A stretch of DNA of 64,000 nt from Candidatus Bathyarchaeota archaeon (lineage in GTDB: Archaea; Thermoproteota; Bathyarchaeia; Bathyarchaeales; Bathycorpusculaceae), in NCBI GenBank assembly GCA_963717465.1, contig OY970340.1:1376001-1440000 (forward strand). The letters are read 5' to 3'. Both the position numbers and the translations under genes were made by a program. Below the pieces are notes generated by a model. That model saw only the letters and a program-made list of their open reading frames with translations, was not told the origin of the DNA and made no database searches. Shown here piece by piece: positions 10,814-19,757 of the stretch. Positions within the stretch are counted from its first letter, which is position 1, and every line of letters starts with the position of its first letter.

Positions 10814-11566
10814 TTAAACAGTAATTTTTTCCCAATTATTCTTTGAATTTTCAAACAGTCCTTTATAATTCCCATTATGGTATTGTCCAACTATTTTTTG
10901 TCCTGACTTGCTTAGCGGTCCAGTTATTTCTTGGATGCAATAGATAGTCCTATCACCTTTGCTTTTTCCAGACCAACAGCCTATTTCATTAAAATAACTG
11001 AAATCTTCCTTTGCAAAGATATAGTAATCTGCCAATCGGACATCCTTCTGACCAACAATAACTAAAACGATATAGTCAACAGAGCTAAAGGCGCTCTTTC
11101 TTATTGTCGGCGAACTGAAACATTCAACATTCTTGACTATCTCATATCCATGCGGAAATTGAGTTTTAACTTGAATCTTTTTCCCATTCACGACTATATC
11201 AGCCTTAGGGGTTGTGCCACCTAAATAAAGAATGACAGATCGCTTCAGGTGTCTTTGGCAATTGAGCTGCTTCATAGTTAGGCACTCCCCAATTGTGCCT
11301 TTCAAGAAGACTGGAATTTGCATTCTATTTTTGCAGTATAGCTCTTGAAGATCCAAAAGTTTAGAAATTATCTCATCATAGGTTTCATCTCTCCGCGTCT
11401 CTTCAAATAATCGGGTGATACTTTTCTCAGTGACCCTTATGGTATGTCCTCTATTTTTTAGGTCTAATTTCCCTCTGGAGATCAGTGACCGAACTATTCC
11501 TGTGTCACTGAGTTTGAGATTTAGTCGTTGAGCAGTTTCGTTGATTGTGTATACTCTTTCCTGCAT
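10814..11566 (-). CDS. HTH/antitoxin-like N-terminus fused to a PD-(D/E)xK-like nuclease
   Basis: YTINETAQRL (excisionase-like HTH), ETYDEIISKLLD, then GTIGE...PKADIVVNGKKIQVKT (D...QxK). Confidence 0.6.
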   Translation of the reverse strand: MQERVYTINETAQRLNLKLSDTGIVRSLISRGKLDLKNRGHTIRVTEKSITRLFEETRRDETYDEIISKLLDLQELYCKNRMQIPVFLKGTIGECLTMKQLNCQRHLKRSVILYLGGTTPKADIVVNGKKIQVKTQFPHGYEIVKNVECFSSPTIRKSAFSSVDYIVLVIVGQKDVRLADYYIFAKEDFSYFNEIGCWSGKSKGDRTIYCIQEITGPLSKSGQKIVGQYHNGNYKGLFENSKNNWEKITV

Positions 11567-11675
11567 ACCGGTAATTCTCTTGTAGGTTGGATATCTAGTT
11601 TAGCCCTGTCCAACCTTAAGACAGCATAATTCTTTTAAGTGGTTCCTTATCACTTGGTTGTAGAGGAAGCGAGCG

Positions 11676-12353
11676 ATGCTTAAGTATAGCCAACTAGTTC
11701 TTGGTTCCAAAGCTTTTGTTGAGAATGAAAAACGCGATGCCATGTATAGAGTTTCGACCTATCTTATCAACGAATTCTGGGGAAAGCCGGAAGACATCGC
11801 TGATGCTTTAGGAGTCTTGCTTTTAACCTGGAACCAAGCGTTTTATAGATATGGTGGCTTTGACTCTGATGATTTAGAGAGTTGCCTCAAAAAGAATTCA
11901 GCGCTCATTCAGCAATACAGAAATCGAGATATTTTCACTTATGCTCCAAACGATGATAGCCCAATTAGCAAGCTTTTTAATGAAATGCTGATCGCCCTAA
12001 AGACTGATAGGGGAAAAAGTCCTGTGGCAGTCGCAAAAGCACTGCATCTTTTGGCTCCAAATTTCTTTCCCCTATGGGATGCTAAGATTGCAGAAAATGG
12101 ATACGATTGTTATTGGGGCGCTGGCTCTTCGGCGGCAGCACAGAAATATTTGTGCTTAATGAAGAAGACCCAGGTACAAGTAGAAGATATAGTCAAAAGT
12201 TATAGTGAGTTTGGTGTATTGCCTTTGGATGAAAAGCGAGCTACCTTAGTAGATATATGCAAAAGCTGTTCAAACAACCTACCCTTTCAAAAGTCCATCC
12301 TTAAAATAATTGATGAGCATAACTACGCTAAATACACTAAAGGGTGGATTTAA
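11676..12353 (+). CDS. Hypothetical protein with a helix-hairpin-helix glycosylase-like motif
   Basis: SPVAVAKALHLLAPNFFPLWD resembles the HhH/K..H...P..FP.WD signature. Confidence 0.55.
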   Translation: MLKYSQLVLGSKAFVENEKRDAMYRVSTYLINEFWGKPEDIADALGVLLLTWNQAFYRYGGFDSDDLESCLKKNSALIQQYRNRDIFTYAPNDDSPISKLFNEMLIALKTDRGKSPVAVAKALHLLAPNFFPLWDAKIAENGYDCYWGAGSSAAAQKYLCLMKKTQVQVEDIVKSYSEFGVLPLDEKRATLVDICKSCSNNLPFQKSILKIIDEHNYAKYTKGWI

Positions 12354-12497
12354 TCAATAGCGATCGTGGAACATGCTCGATACATTAAAGTCGAAAAATT
12401 TAAGTTCTTGAAAAAAAAACAAATTAGGTATTACACCAAGAACCAGTTGAATAAGAATAAGGCTTGGGATTCGGTTCTAAATAAACATCGGTTAATA

Positions 12498-12695
12498 TCA
12501 AAGCGAACAAAGTTTTCTTTCCGCCTGCATACTCATCGATAAGTCGTTAGCCTGTTGCGATTCGGCTTTCTTGGTTTTGGTGTTTCCGAGCGCTATTGTG
12601 CCTCTGAAGTTCGTAGTTGTTCGTCTAATTTCCCAGGTCTTTTTTCCTTCCAATATTAGCCTAATCCACTTATCGTCGATCTTTAAGCACTTCAA
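12498..12695 (-). pseudogene. Truncated ASCH-domain protein
   Basis: CLKID.KW..LILEGKKTWEIR...TNFRG ASCH N-terminal motif; homology ends after ~40 aa. Confidence 0.75.
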
Positions 12696-13033
12696 GGTAT
12701 CTCGCCCTTGCTTGCGGTGATCTCGATTTCAAGCTTTATGGGCGTCTTGTCGAACCTTCCTTGAAGGGTCACATTGAACTCCTGTGCAAGTAGAGATGTC
12801 ACCCGCAATTCCCCTTTTTTGTCAAGATACTCATCGGAGCAACTTCTCAATGGTTCCTTCCTGAAGAGTGCAACCTGATAAAATCAAGATGTGCCCATTC
12901 TGGTGCGCAGAGAGAGCGTATTTATGGATTATATCGATCAATATCTGCCACTGGGTGCGCGGAAGATCGAATGGGTTTTTAGATCAGTTAAAGCTTTTAA
13001 ATTTATCAAAGCAATTCTATTGTGTGGTATAGA

Positions 13034-14449
13034 ATGTACATTCGAAACTTGGAACTCAGGAACATAATGTGTTTTGAAGAGGCAGGGTTGAGTTTCACAA
13101 ACCAAAATGGCGAAATAATAAAATGGACCGTAATTCTTGGAGAAAACGGATTTGGAAAGAGCACAATTCTGAAAAATATTGCTCTGTTGCTTGCAGGACA
13201 AGATGCAGCAAGGGAATTACAGCATGAACCCCGCCGTATGGTTAGATTCGGCTGCAAAGAGGCAATTGCTGAAGCAGAAATTGACATGGGAAAAGCCTGT
13301 CCTCAACCAAGAAAAAGATTGAGGTTATCTCTTAATTACGTCGATAAACCCTACGCTGAAGGTTGGGGTGATACTCTCGCAAAGGTGGATCCTAGCAGAG
13401 CGAATTTTGAAGGTTGCCTCAAAGAATGCAGGCGAAGTTTTTTTGTTTGCGGTTATGGAGCAACACGCGTAGTACCACATGAAAAAGATACCAAACGAAT
13501 TCATGCCCTGGAACGCAGAAGCCCTTTTTTTGAAAGGCTTGAGACTCTTTTCATTGATGATTCTCCATTAATGCCTGTTGATGATTGGCTAAGAACGCTC
13601 GAATATAACACGTTAAGAACCAATAAGGCAAGTTCTGCGAAAAACCGGTTTAAAAGTGCAACAGATCTGTTATCCAAGCTTCTCCCTTCTGTGCAGTTTA
13701 AGGAAATTAACGATAACGGCGAAGCTATTTTCAATACGCCTTATGGCGAAGTTTCACTGTCCGAGCTTTCAAGAGGATATCAAGACGTGTTGTCTTGGGT
13801 GTCCGATCTTGCAAGACGTTTGATAGATGCTTTTCCTGATAGCTCTCAACCTCTTGCAGAAGAAGGAATTGTGCTTATCGAAGAAATTTCTCTGCATCTT
13901 CATCCTATTTGGCAAAGAAAAGTAATCGGCTTTTTGCGTAGTCATTTCCCAAATATTCAGTTTATTGCAACAACGCATTCTCCTCTTGTTGCTCAAGCAC
14001 TCCAACGCAACGAATTTGTTGTGTTACAATGTGGACGAAGAAACCGAAGTCATCAAGATACAATTAGAATAACAAGATTAGATCTGGAGCCGAGAGGGTT
14101 GAGTGCGGATCAAATCCTCACGAGTCCGCTCTTTGGTCTTTCATCTTCAAGGTCTGTCGGAAACGAAAGAATAGAGAGCGAGCTTTTCTCACTGAAAAAA
14201 CTTATCAGTAGCGGCGAATCGTCCGAAGACCAGAAGAAACGATATACAGAACTCCTAACGCTTTATGAGAAACAACCAGAAGCACCTGGGACGTCTTATG
14301 ATCAGTATAGACTCTTTCTTAAGCTAAACAAGACTCTTGAGTCATTGGGCAGGACAGATCTGCTTGATTTGCCTCCGTTGAAGTCTCTTGAAGAAAAAAC
14401 CAAAAAGGAAGAAGCCAAAGAAAAGGCAGAGGAAAAGAGCAAGAATTGA
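13034..14449 (+). CDS. Septu PtuA-like ABC/AAA ATPase
   Basis: GENGFGKS Walker A, YGATR, LSRGYQ signature, GIVLIEEISLHLHP.WQR, QFIATTHSP, QILTSPLFGL. Confidence 0.85.
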   Translation: MYIRNLELRNIMCFEEAGLSFTNQNGEIIKWTVILGENGFGKSTILKNIALLLAGQDAARELQHEPRRMVRFGCKEAIAEAEIDMGKACPQPRKRLRLSLNYVDKPYAEGWGDTLAKVDPSRANFEGCLKECRRSFFVCGYGATRVVPHEKDTKRIHALERRSPFFERLETLFIDDSPLMPVDDWLRTLEYNTLRTNKASSAKNRFKSATDLLSKLLPSVQFKEINDNGEAIFNTPYGEVSLSELSRGYQDVLSWVSDLARRLIDAFPDSSQPLAEEGIVLIEEISLHLHPIWQRKVIGFLRSHFPNIQFIATTHSPLVAQALQRNEFVVLQCGRRNRSHQDTIRITRLDLEPRGLSADQILTSPLFGLSSSRSVGNERIESELFSLKKLISSGESSEDQKKRYTELLTLYEKQPEAPGTSYDQYRLFLKLNKTLESLGRTDLLDLPPLKSLEEKTKKEEAKEKAEEKSKN

Positions 14450-15189
14450 TCCGTTATAACCGAAATGGGAATGGAGCAACCCCTCCTGCCCATCTTGTTA
14501 ACTCAAAAAGGATGAGGCAAAACACTGCAAAATTGGAGAAAGAATACACTCTAGCCATAGCCGAAAGCAGGAATATGAAATTTGAGAAAGGAGTTTATGG
14601 AAGTTCTTCTGTCAAAGCTCAACTTATAATTATTAGCTATGGCAAATGTTCATATTGTGATAGTCATGTCGTAGGCGTCGCGTATGGCGATGTCGAGCAC
14701 TTTAGGCCTAAAGCTCATTATTGGTGGCTTGCATACACATGGGAAAACCTCTTGTTCTCATGCCAAATATGCAATCAAGAATATAAGAGAACGAATTTCC
14801 CAGTTGTAGGGAGTAGAGCGAACAAACCGACGGCAGATTTGACTTTGGAACAGCACTTATTGATTAATCCATTGGACGAGGATCCAGAACAACTTATTGC
14901 TTATGATTTTAAGGGAGATGAAGCAAAGATTATAGAGCAAAATTTGCAAGTGAAAGATCGGGTCGATGCATGCAAGAAGTATTTAGGACTAAATCGTGAG
15001 GATTTGCTTCATAGAAGGCGCGGAGTTCTTAGAATTTTAAAAGTATGGTATGCATTTTACCAAGATCCAAGAACCACAACCGGTATAAAGGATGAAATTC
15101 TTTCGGAGATGATTGCAATGGCAAACAATGATTCACAATACGCTGGCATGGTACGCTATTATTTAAGACATTGGGGCTTAATACCTTAG
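14446..15189 (+). CDS. Septu PtuB-like HNH endonuclease
   Basis: GKCSYCD...DVEHFRPK...LAYTWENLLFSCQICN..YK; LLINP; LNREDL; 4-bp overlap with the ATPase. Confidence 0.88.
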   Translation: MIRYNRNGNGATPPAHLVNSKRMRQNTAKLEKEYTLAIAESRNMKFEKGVYGSSSVKAQLIIISYGKCSYCDSHVVGVAYGDVEHFRPKAHYWWLAYTWENLLFSCQICNQEYKRTNFPVVGSRANKPTADLTLEQHLLINPLDEDPEQLIAYDFKGDEAKIIEQNLQVKDRVDACKKYLGLNREDLLHRRRGVLRILKVWYAFYQDPRTTTGIKDEILSEMIAMANNDSQYAGMVRYYLRHWGLIP

Positions 15190-15491
15190 CGACGAGGAGC
15201 GTGCTCTAATCGCACCTTCCATATCGAAATAACGTGCGCGTTAAATTGGTCTAAAATGGTTAAAAGTCTCATTTTGCAAAGCTAATCCAAAAATGAAGTG
15301 CGTTAATTGTGGATGTCTGCATAGATAATGGTTGGTTTTTTTGAATTCCTAGGACTATTGCCTACGTTAGGCGTTCCATTTGCAAAGGAAACTGATAAGC
15401 TGAAAATACTGAATAAAAAGCTAAAAAAGTGCAATTTAACCTCTGAATGTAAAAAAAGGAATAAAAACCATTTTTAAACATTTTAGGAACA

Positions 15492-15622
15492 GAGACTGTT
15501 TGAAAAGTCAAAAACATTTCTGAAAATTGCGTCTTTCATGTTTAAAAATACCCAGCTAACACTTAATTTTTCAGACAAACAGTGCAACTTTTCAAAGCAA
15601 AAAATATTTTTCACACAGTCTC
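15492..15622. mobile_element. MITE, 131 bp, with IS1182-like ends
   Basis: TIRs GAGACTGTTTGAAAA / GAGACTGTGTGAAAA (14/15 match); AACA 4-bp target duplication on both sides. Confidence 0.85.
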
Positions 15623-15831
15623 AACAGCCATGCGCGCTAGTTTCAAGTTTGCCTAGTTAATTAAAAGCAAAACTCAAACTAATAGAAGTAGCTTTCTTTC
15701 TAATGATTTTAATATGAAGTGCTTCGAATAATGAAAAGCGTTTAATAGTTAATCGGTGGATATGGACACAATCGATAGATGAGGGACCAAAAATAATAAA
15801 CATTAATTCAGTTCTTTCACGCTATTCGAGA

Positions 15832-17478
15832 GTGGAACAAAGAGAATACCAAAAAGCTTGTATCAAAGATATAGTGAATGCATTGAATGATAGTTCTGAT
15901 GCGTTAATTGCCCTTCCAACAGGCACAGGAAAGACCGTTGTTTTCAGTCCTGTAGTTGCAGAAAGCAGAGAAAACAATTCAAGGACGCTAGTTCTTGGTG
16001 CCACAAAACAAGCGCAAAGCCGAATTGAGCGTGAAATAAAGCGCTTCCTGTCTTCAGGAGATACGAAACTTGTTTTTGGTGTCGAAGAATACGATTGCCC
16101 TTTGTTAAAAAGCAAGGCTGAAAGTTGGTATTGTAGGGAAAATAAGGTTGAATGCAAAAAATTGAATATATCCTGCGCGGTCATTCAATCTGAAAAAGAT
16201 TATCATGATAAACCACTTGTGATCACTAATTTCTCCAAGTTTCTTTTAGCTCAAGGAGGTGGTAGTTATGATTTTATTGTGCTGGACGATTCACATAGCT
16301 TTGAGAATGCAAAGGAACAAGCCTACCAGCTGACTATTCAGGCTGCCGATGGCAATAGCCTATACGAAAAGGGAATAAGCAACGATAAGATCAAGGCATT
16401 TGTTGAAGATTTTTTAAATATTTTCGCACAGGCATTTGAGCGTTGCTTAAATCCGAGCGACAAGGATGGAGTTGGAGTCGTCAGTCCTGATTATATTGCA
16501 CATTTCGCATCGCTCTCAACCAAGCATGATTCAGAAAAACTAAAAAAAGAAATCGGAGGGATGCTTGCAGGCAAAGATCGCAAGGTTTGCTTGAATATGT
16601 ACTATTTCGTTATGCATTGCACTAAAGCAAGCAGATACGAGTTTTTTGTAAGAAGCGACTTCTATAATCGCGAGTGGATAGATAGCGAGCTAATTTCTAG
16701 GCAAGTCGAAGTGGATTATCTTATAAAAAGTAAGTTTGGAAATAGCGCGATCATATATGCAACTGCAACTCCAGGTGACGCATTCAAACACGCGAATTCT
16801 TGCTCGTTACGTAATTATGATGATTCAAATTTGAAAATAACACCGATAGAGAAATTCGAGCAGGTTGAGAACTGGTTTAAAAATCTAAATATCTTGGTTG
16901 TGACGGATATCGGTGATACAAGAGAAACTGGTCCGTTTGATTCAGCACTTAATCTCACGACTGAAATACTCACAAAGAGAAATGAACGCTCATTAATTTT
17001 ATTTAAAAACTATAGGGATCAAAGGAAAGCTAACGAACGCTTGAAGGGTCTTTTTTCTCCTAATCGACTATTCTTCTTAGATTCAACAATAGATAATAGC
17101 GATTTCGTTGAAAATCTAGCTAGCAAAAGTCAAATATCTCTTGCTTCAGCTTCATCCACGTTATGGGAGGGAATAAACATTCAAAGTCTAAGAATTGCTA
17201 TCATAACTACAGCACCTTTTATTCGACCTATCGCGGGCAAAAAAATGAATTATCCTGATCTTGAGCGCAGAATGCTTATACGACTACAGCAAGGTATTGG
17301 TAGAATAATAAGAAGCGAATCTGATTTTGGTGTATCGATTTTAATGGATAGTCGGTTTCAAGGGTACGTCAAGAAAAAATACTTTGACAAACGTCTTCTC
17401 AATAGGACCAAGTTTGTTACAGCTGATCAAGTTATGCCAATAATCACCGAAGTACTTGAAAAAGGAGCTAAAGAATAA
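15832..17478 (+). CDS. DinG/XPD-like SF2 helicase with a putative Fe-S cluster
   Basis: Q motif REYQ, PTGTGKT, four Cys (CPLL..WYC..VEC..ISC), LDDSH, ATAT, LWEGINI, QQGIGRIIRSESDFG...DSRF. Confidence 0.85.
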   Translation: MEQREYQKACIKDIVNALNDSSDALIALPTGTGKTVVFSPVVAESRENNSRTLVLGATKQAQSRIEREIKRFLSSGDTKLVFGVEEYDCPLLKSKAESWYCRENKVECKKLNISCAVIQSEKDYHDKPLVITNFSKFLLAQGGGSYDFIVLDDSHSFENAKEQAYQLTIQAADGNSLYEKGISNDKIKAFVEDFLNIFAQAFERCLNPSDKDGVGVVSPDYIAHFASLSTKHDSEKLKKEIGGMLAGKDRKVCLNMYYFVMHCTKASRYEFFVRSDFYNREWIDSELISRQVEVDYLIKSKFGNSAIIYATATPGDAFKHANSCSLRNYDDSNLKITPIEKFEQVENWFKNLNILVVTDIGDTRETGPFDSALNLTTEILTKRNERSLILFKNYRDQRKANERLKGLFSPNRLFFLDSTIDNSDFVENLASKSQISLASASSTLWEGINIQSLRIAIITTAPFIRPIAGKKMNYPDLERRMLIRLQQGIGRIIRSESDFGVSILMDSRFQGYVKKKYFDKRLLNRTKFVTADQVMPIITEVLEKGAKE

Positions 17479-19757
17479 TGTATCACGCAAATGCTTTTCC
17501 CCTTCTTAAAAGTGACGGATTGCCAGTTTTTGTTTATGCAACTGCTATAGAGCCCAAACCAGTCAACAATCCACAATACTATCAAATCTTAGGAGTTATT
17601 GCAAAAAAAATTATGTTTGAACAATGTATCCCCGTAGTCTCAATCGATGGTTATATTCAAAGCCTCCCCGATCGAATAAGCAGTTCTTTAGTTTATGACG
17701 TTGATATTCCAAATATTGGGAAGTTTAAAGTTAAGTTGGCTGAGATGAGCAAATCAATTGTCGGCATTGACGATTTCGAAAACTATTCTCATCTTGTATG
17801 CCGCTTAGCTGACATAGCACTAACCGTTTATTCAGATCAATATTACAAGTTTCACCCTAAAGCGCCATTTATTATAAGAGATGAACCTTATTTTGACTTA
17901 GATCTAATAGGCAAGACGGGGATAATCGACTCCAAGAGTTACTATAGAGGTTTATTTCAAATAAGCAATAAGCCAGTTTTTGTTTTGAACAGAGAAACTC
18001 AACTTAGATCAAACAAGAACTTGCTTGTTGAAATGAAAAGTCTGGCTAAATCTTTTGAGGAGAAAAATCAAGGGAAGAACATTGACTTTTATGATCCCCC
18101 TTCAGAGTTCATGGGCTACGTTAATAATTTGATTCGAGAAAAGGCGGCTGACATAGCAAGGTCAAGTTATCCAGGTCCGAAAGTGGAAAAAATTGAAGCG
18201 GTCACTTGGAAATTTAGGGCAGGTGAAAAAACACCAGGAGCAGAAGGAACGCCAATTGATTACTTGCACAATACATATGGAATCAATGGTTTAGACCCTC
18301 GACAACCGCTTGTTGTTTACACTGTGCAAGGAAGAACACAGTATCATATTCCTGAAGTTCTCTCTTTAGGGCACACGTTTGAGGATTTAGCAAAAAGAAT
18401 TCCAGAGTGGCAAAGAAGCCAGGTCTGGGGAGATATTCATCCGGATTGCAAAAATCAACTGCACAAAATCTATGAGGTTCTTTTAGAAATCGATTCGACG
18501 CTGCGGAAGTGCCTGCCTGAAGTTTATCCCAAGTTTGTTGAAATATCAAGGGACCCATTAGACATCTCTAACGATGTCTCCGAACCTAATGAAATAGGTA
18601 TTCAGTTCGCGGATAAGGCAATAAAAATAAAGCCACCATACGATCTCAGTTTTTATCGAAACTATTCTGGAAAGAAGAATTTGTTTGCAAGAGTAATCCC
18701 TAACTCCAAGATATTGGTTTGTTCCGACAGGGTTAATTCTAAGATTAAGAAGTTCTTGGCCAAGTTAGCAGCTGAGTATAAAATAAGAAACGGTTCTGAC
18801 ATTACTTACGATTTCGGACCGCTTGATCCACTTAAGAATAAATTTGCAAATTATCAAATAGTTTTAACCATTAGTACCGAGTCGCAAGACGATGAGAAAT
18901 TATATACTTGGTATAAGAAAACCTTACAAAATGAAATGGGCATACCTCATCAGCATATTACTGTAGAAAATGCCGATGATAATTCTGTTATGCAAATAGT
19001 CATGCAAATATGTCTGAAGTTGGGTGGCGATCCTTGGCTACTGCCTGAGATGTTAAATATTGATTGCGTTTTTGGAATTAATAGTTATTTGAACCCTCAG
19101 ACAGCAAGAGCAGAGATTTCAATGCTCTTAACTGATGCCGCGGGAAAACTAATAACTCAATTAGACCCTATCGATTGTTCAAACGCAGATAGAATCATTG
19201 AAACTATTAAAGAATTGGCTGGCAAATATCGAAGAGTTCTTTTTCTAACAACGTTTGATAGGTCAGGTTTAATTGATAAGATAAAAACATCGTTAGATAT
19301 TTTGGCAAGCGAGTATTGTATTGTCACAGTTATTGATAACAACTATTTTCGATTTTTCGAAACATATTCCCCTCGACATGCGCCGAGATTTGGCAAGACA
19401 GTTTTGGAAGTAGCTAAATGCTCTATCGAAGCTATTGAAAATGCACCTCAAGGTCACATCTTTAAGTGCCAACCAGACATCTACTACTTGCTTACCGGAA
19501 AGACAATTGAAAAAGGTCTGTCTAAACGAGGGTGCCCTTTACCGATAAAAATCGAAATAAAATGTGTAAAAGGACAAAATTGGGACAAAATGGAACTTGC
19601 CAAATATATTATGGCGTTGTGCATGATGGGAAGAGCAAGTGGCCATATGACAAGGTTTCCGATGCCCCTCTATTATCTTCAGCTTAGCGAATACTACTAC
19701 AACAGGTTCGGAGTCCCTAAGGATGCAAAACTCAAGAAATCAATTTTCTACATCTAG
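17478..19757 (+). CDS. ago: Long Argonaute/PIWI protein (N-L1-PAZ-L2-MID-PIWI), probably slicer-inactive
   Basis: PAZ DYLHNTYG...DPRQPLV...HIPEVL; MID LYTWYKK...GIPHQ...QICLKLGGDPW; PIWI FGINS, NAPQG, RGCPLP, TRFPMPLYY; C-terminal SIFYI. Confidence 0.9.
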   Translation: MYHANAFPLLKSDGLPVFVYATAIEPKPVNNPQYYQILGVIAKKIMFEQCIPVVSIDGYIQSLPDRISSSLVYDVDIPNIGKFKVKLAEMSKSIVGIDDFENYSHLVCRLADIALTVYSDQYYKFHPKAPFIIRDEPYFDLDLIGKTGIIDSKSYYRGLFQISNKPVFVLNRETQLRSNKNLLVEMKSLAKSFEEKNQGKNIDFYDPPSEFMGYVNNLIREKAADIARSSYPGPKVEKIEAVTWKFRAGEKTPGAEGTPIDYLHNTYGINGLDPRQPLVVYTVQGRTQYHIPEVLSLGHTFEDLAKRIPEWQRSQVWGDIHPDCKNQLHKIYEVLLEIDSTLRKCLPEVYPKFVEISRDPLDISNDVSEPNEIGIQFADKAIKIKPPYDLSFYRNYSGKKNLFARVIPNSKILVCSDRVNSKIKKFLAKLAAEYKIRNGSDITYDFGPLDPLKNKFANYQIVLTISTESQDDEKLYTWYKKTLQNEMGIPHQHITVENADDNSVMQIVMQICLKLGGDPWLLPEMLNIDCVFGINSYLNPQTARAEISMLLTDAAGKLITQLDPIDCSNADRIIETIKELAGKYRRVLFLTTFDRSGLIDKIKTSLDILASEYCIVTVIDNNYFRFFETYSPRHAPRFGKTVLEVAKCSIEAIENAPQGHIFKCQPDIYYLLTGKTIEKGLSKRGCPLPIKIEIKCVKGQNWDKMELAKYIMALCMMGRASGHMTRFPMPLYYLQLSEYYYNRFGVPKDAKLKKSIFYI

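Noticed and set aside
12700..12830. Possible C-terminal remnant of a larger gene on the minus strand (…RFDKTPIKLEIEITASKG)
   Set aside because: Too short to assign without a search
12700..15830. Retron associated with the PtuA/PtuB-like pair
   Set aside because: No reverse transcriptase ORF in the window and no convincing msr/msd inverted repeats
17478..19757. Classical pPIWI-RE or DdmDE system
   Set aside because: The Ago has a canonical PAZ and KLGG.PW signature; no REase gene lies in the operon; the helicases are short with no nuclease domain
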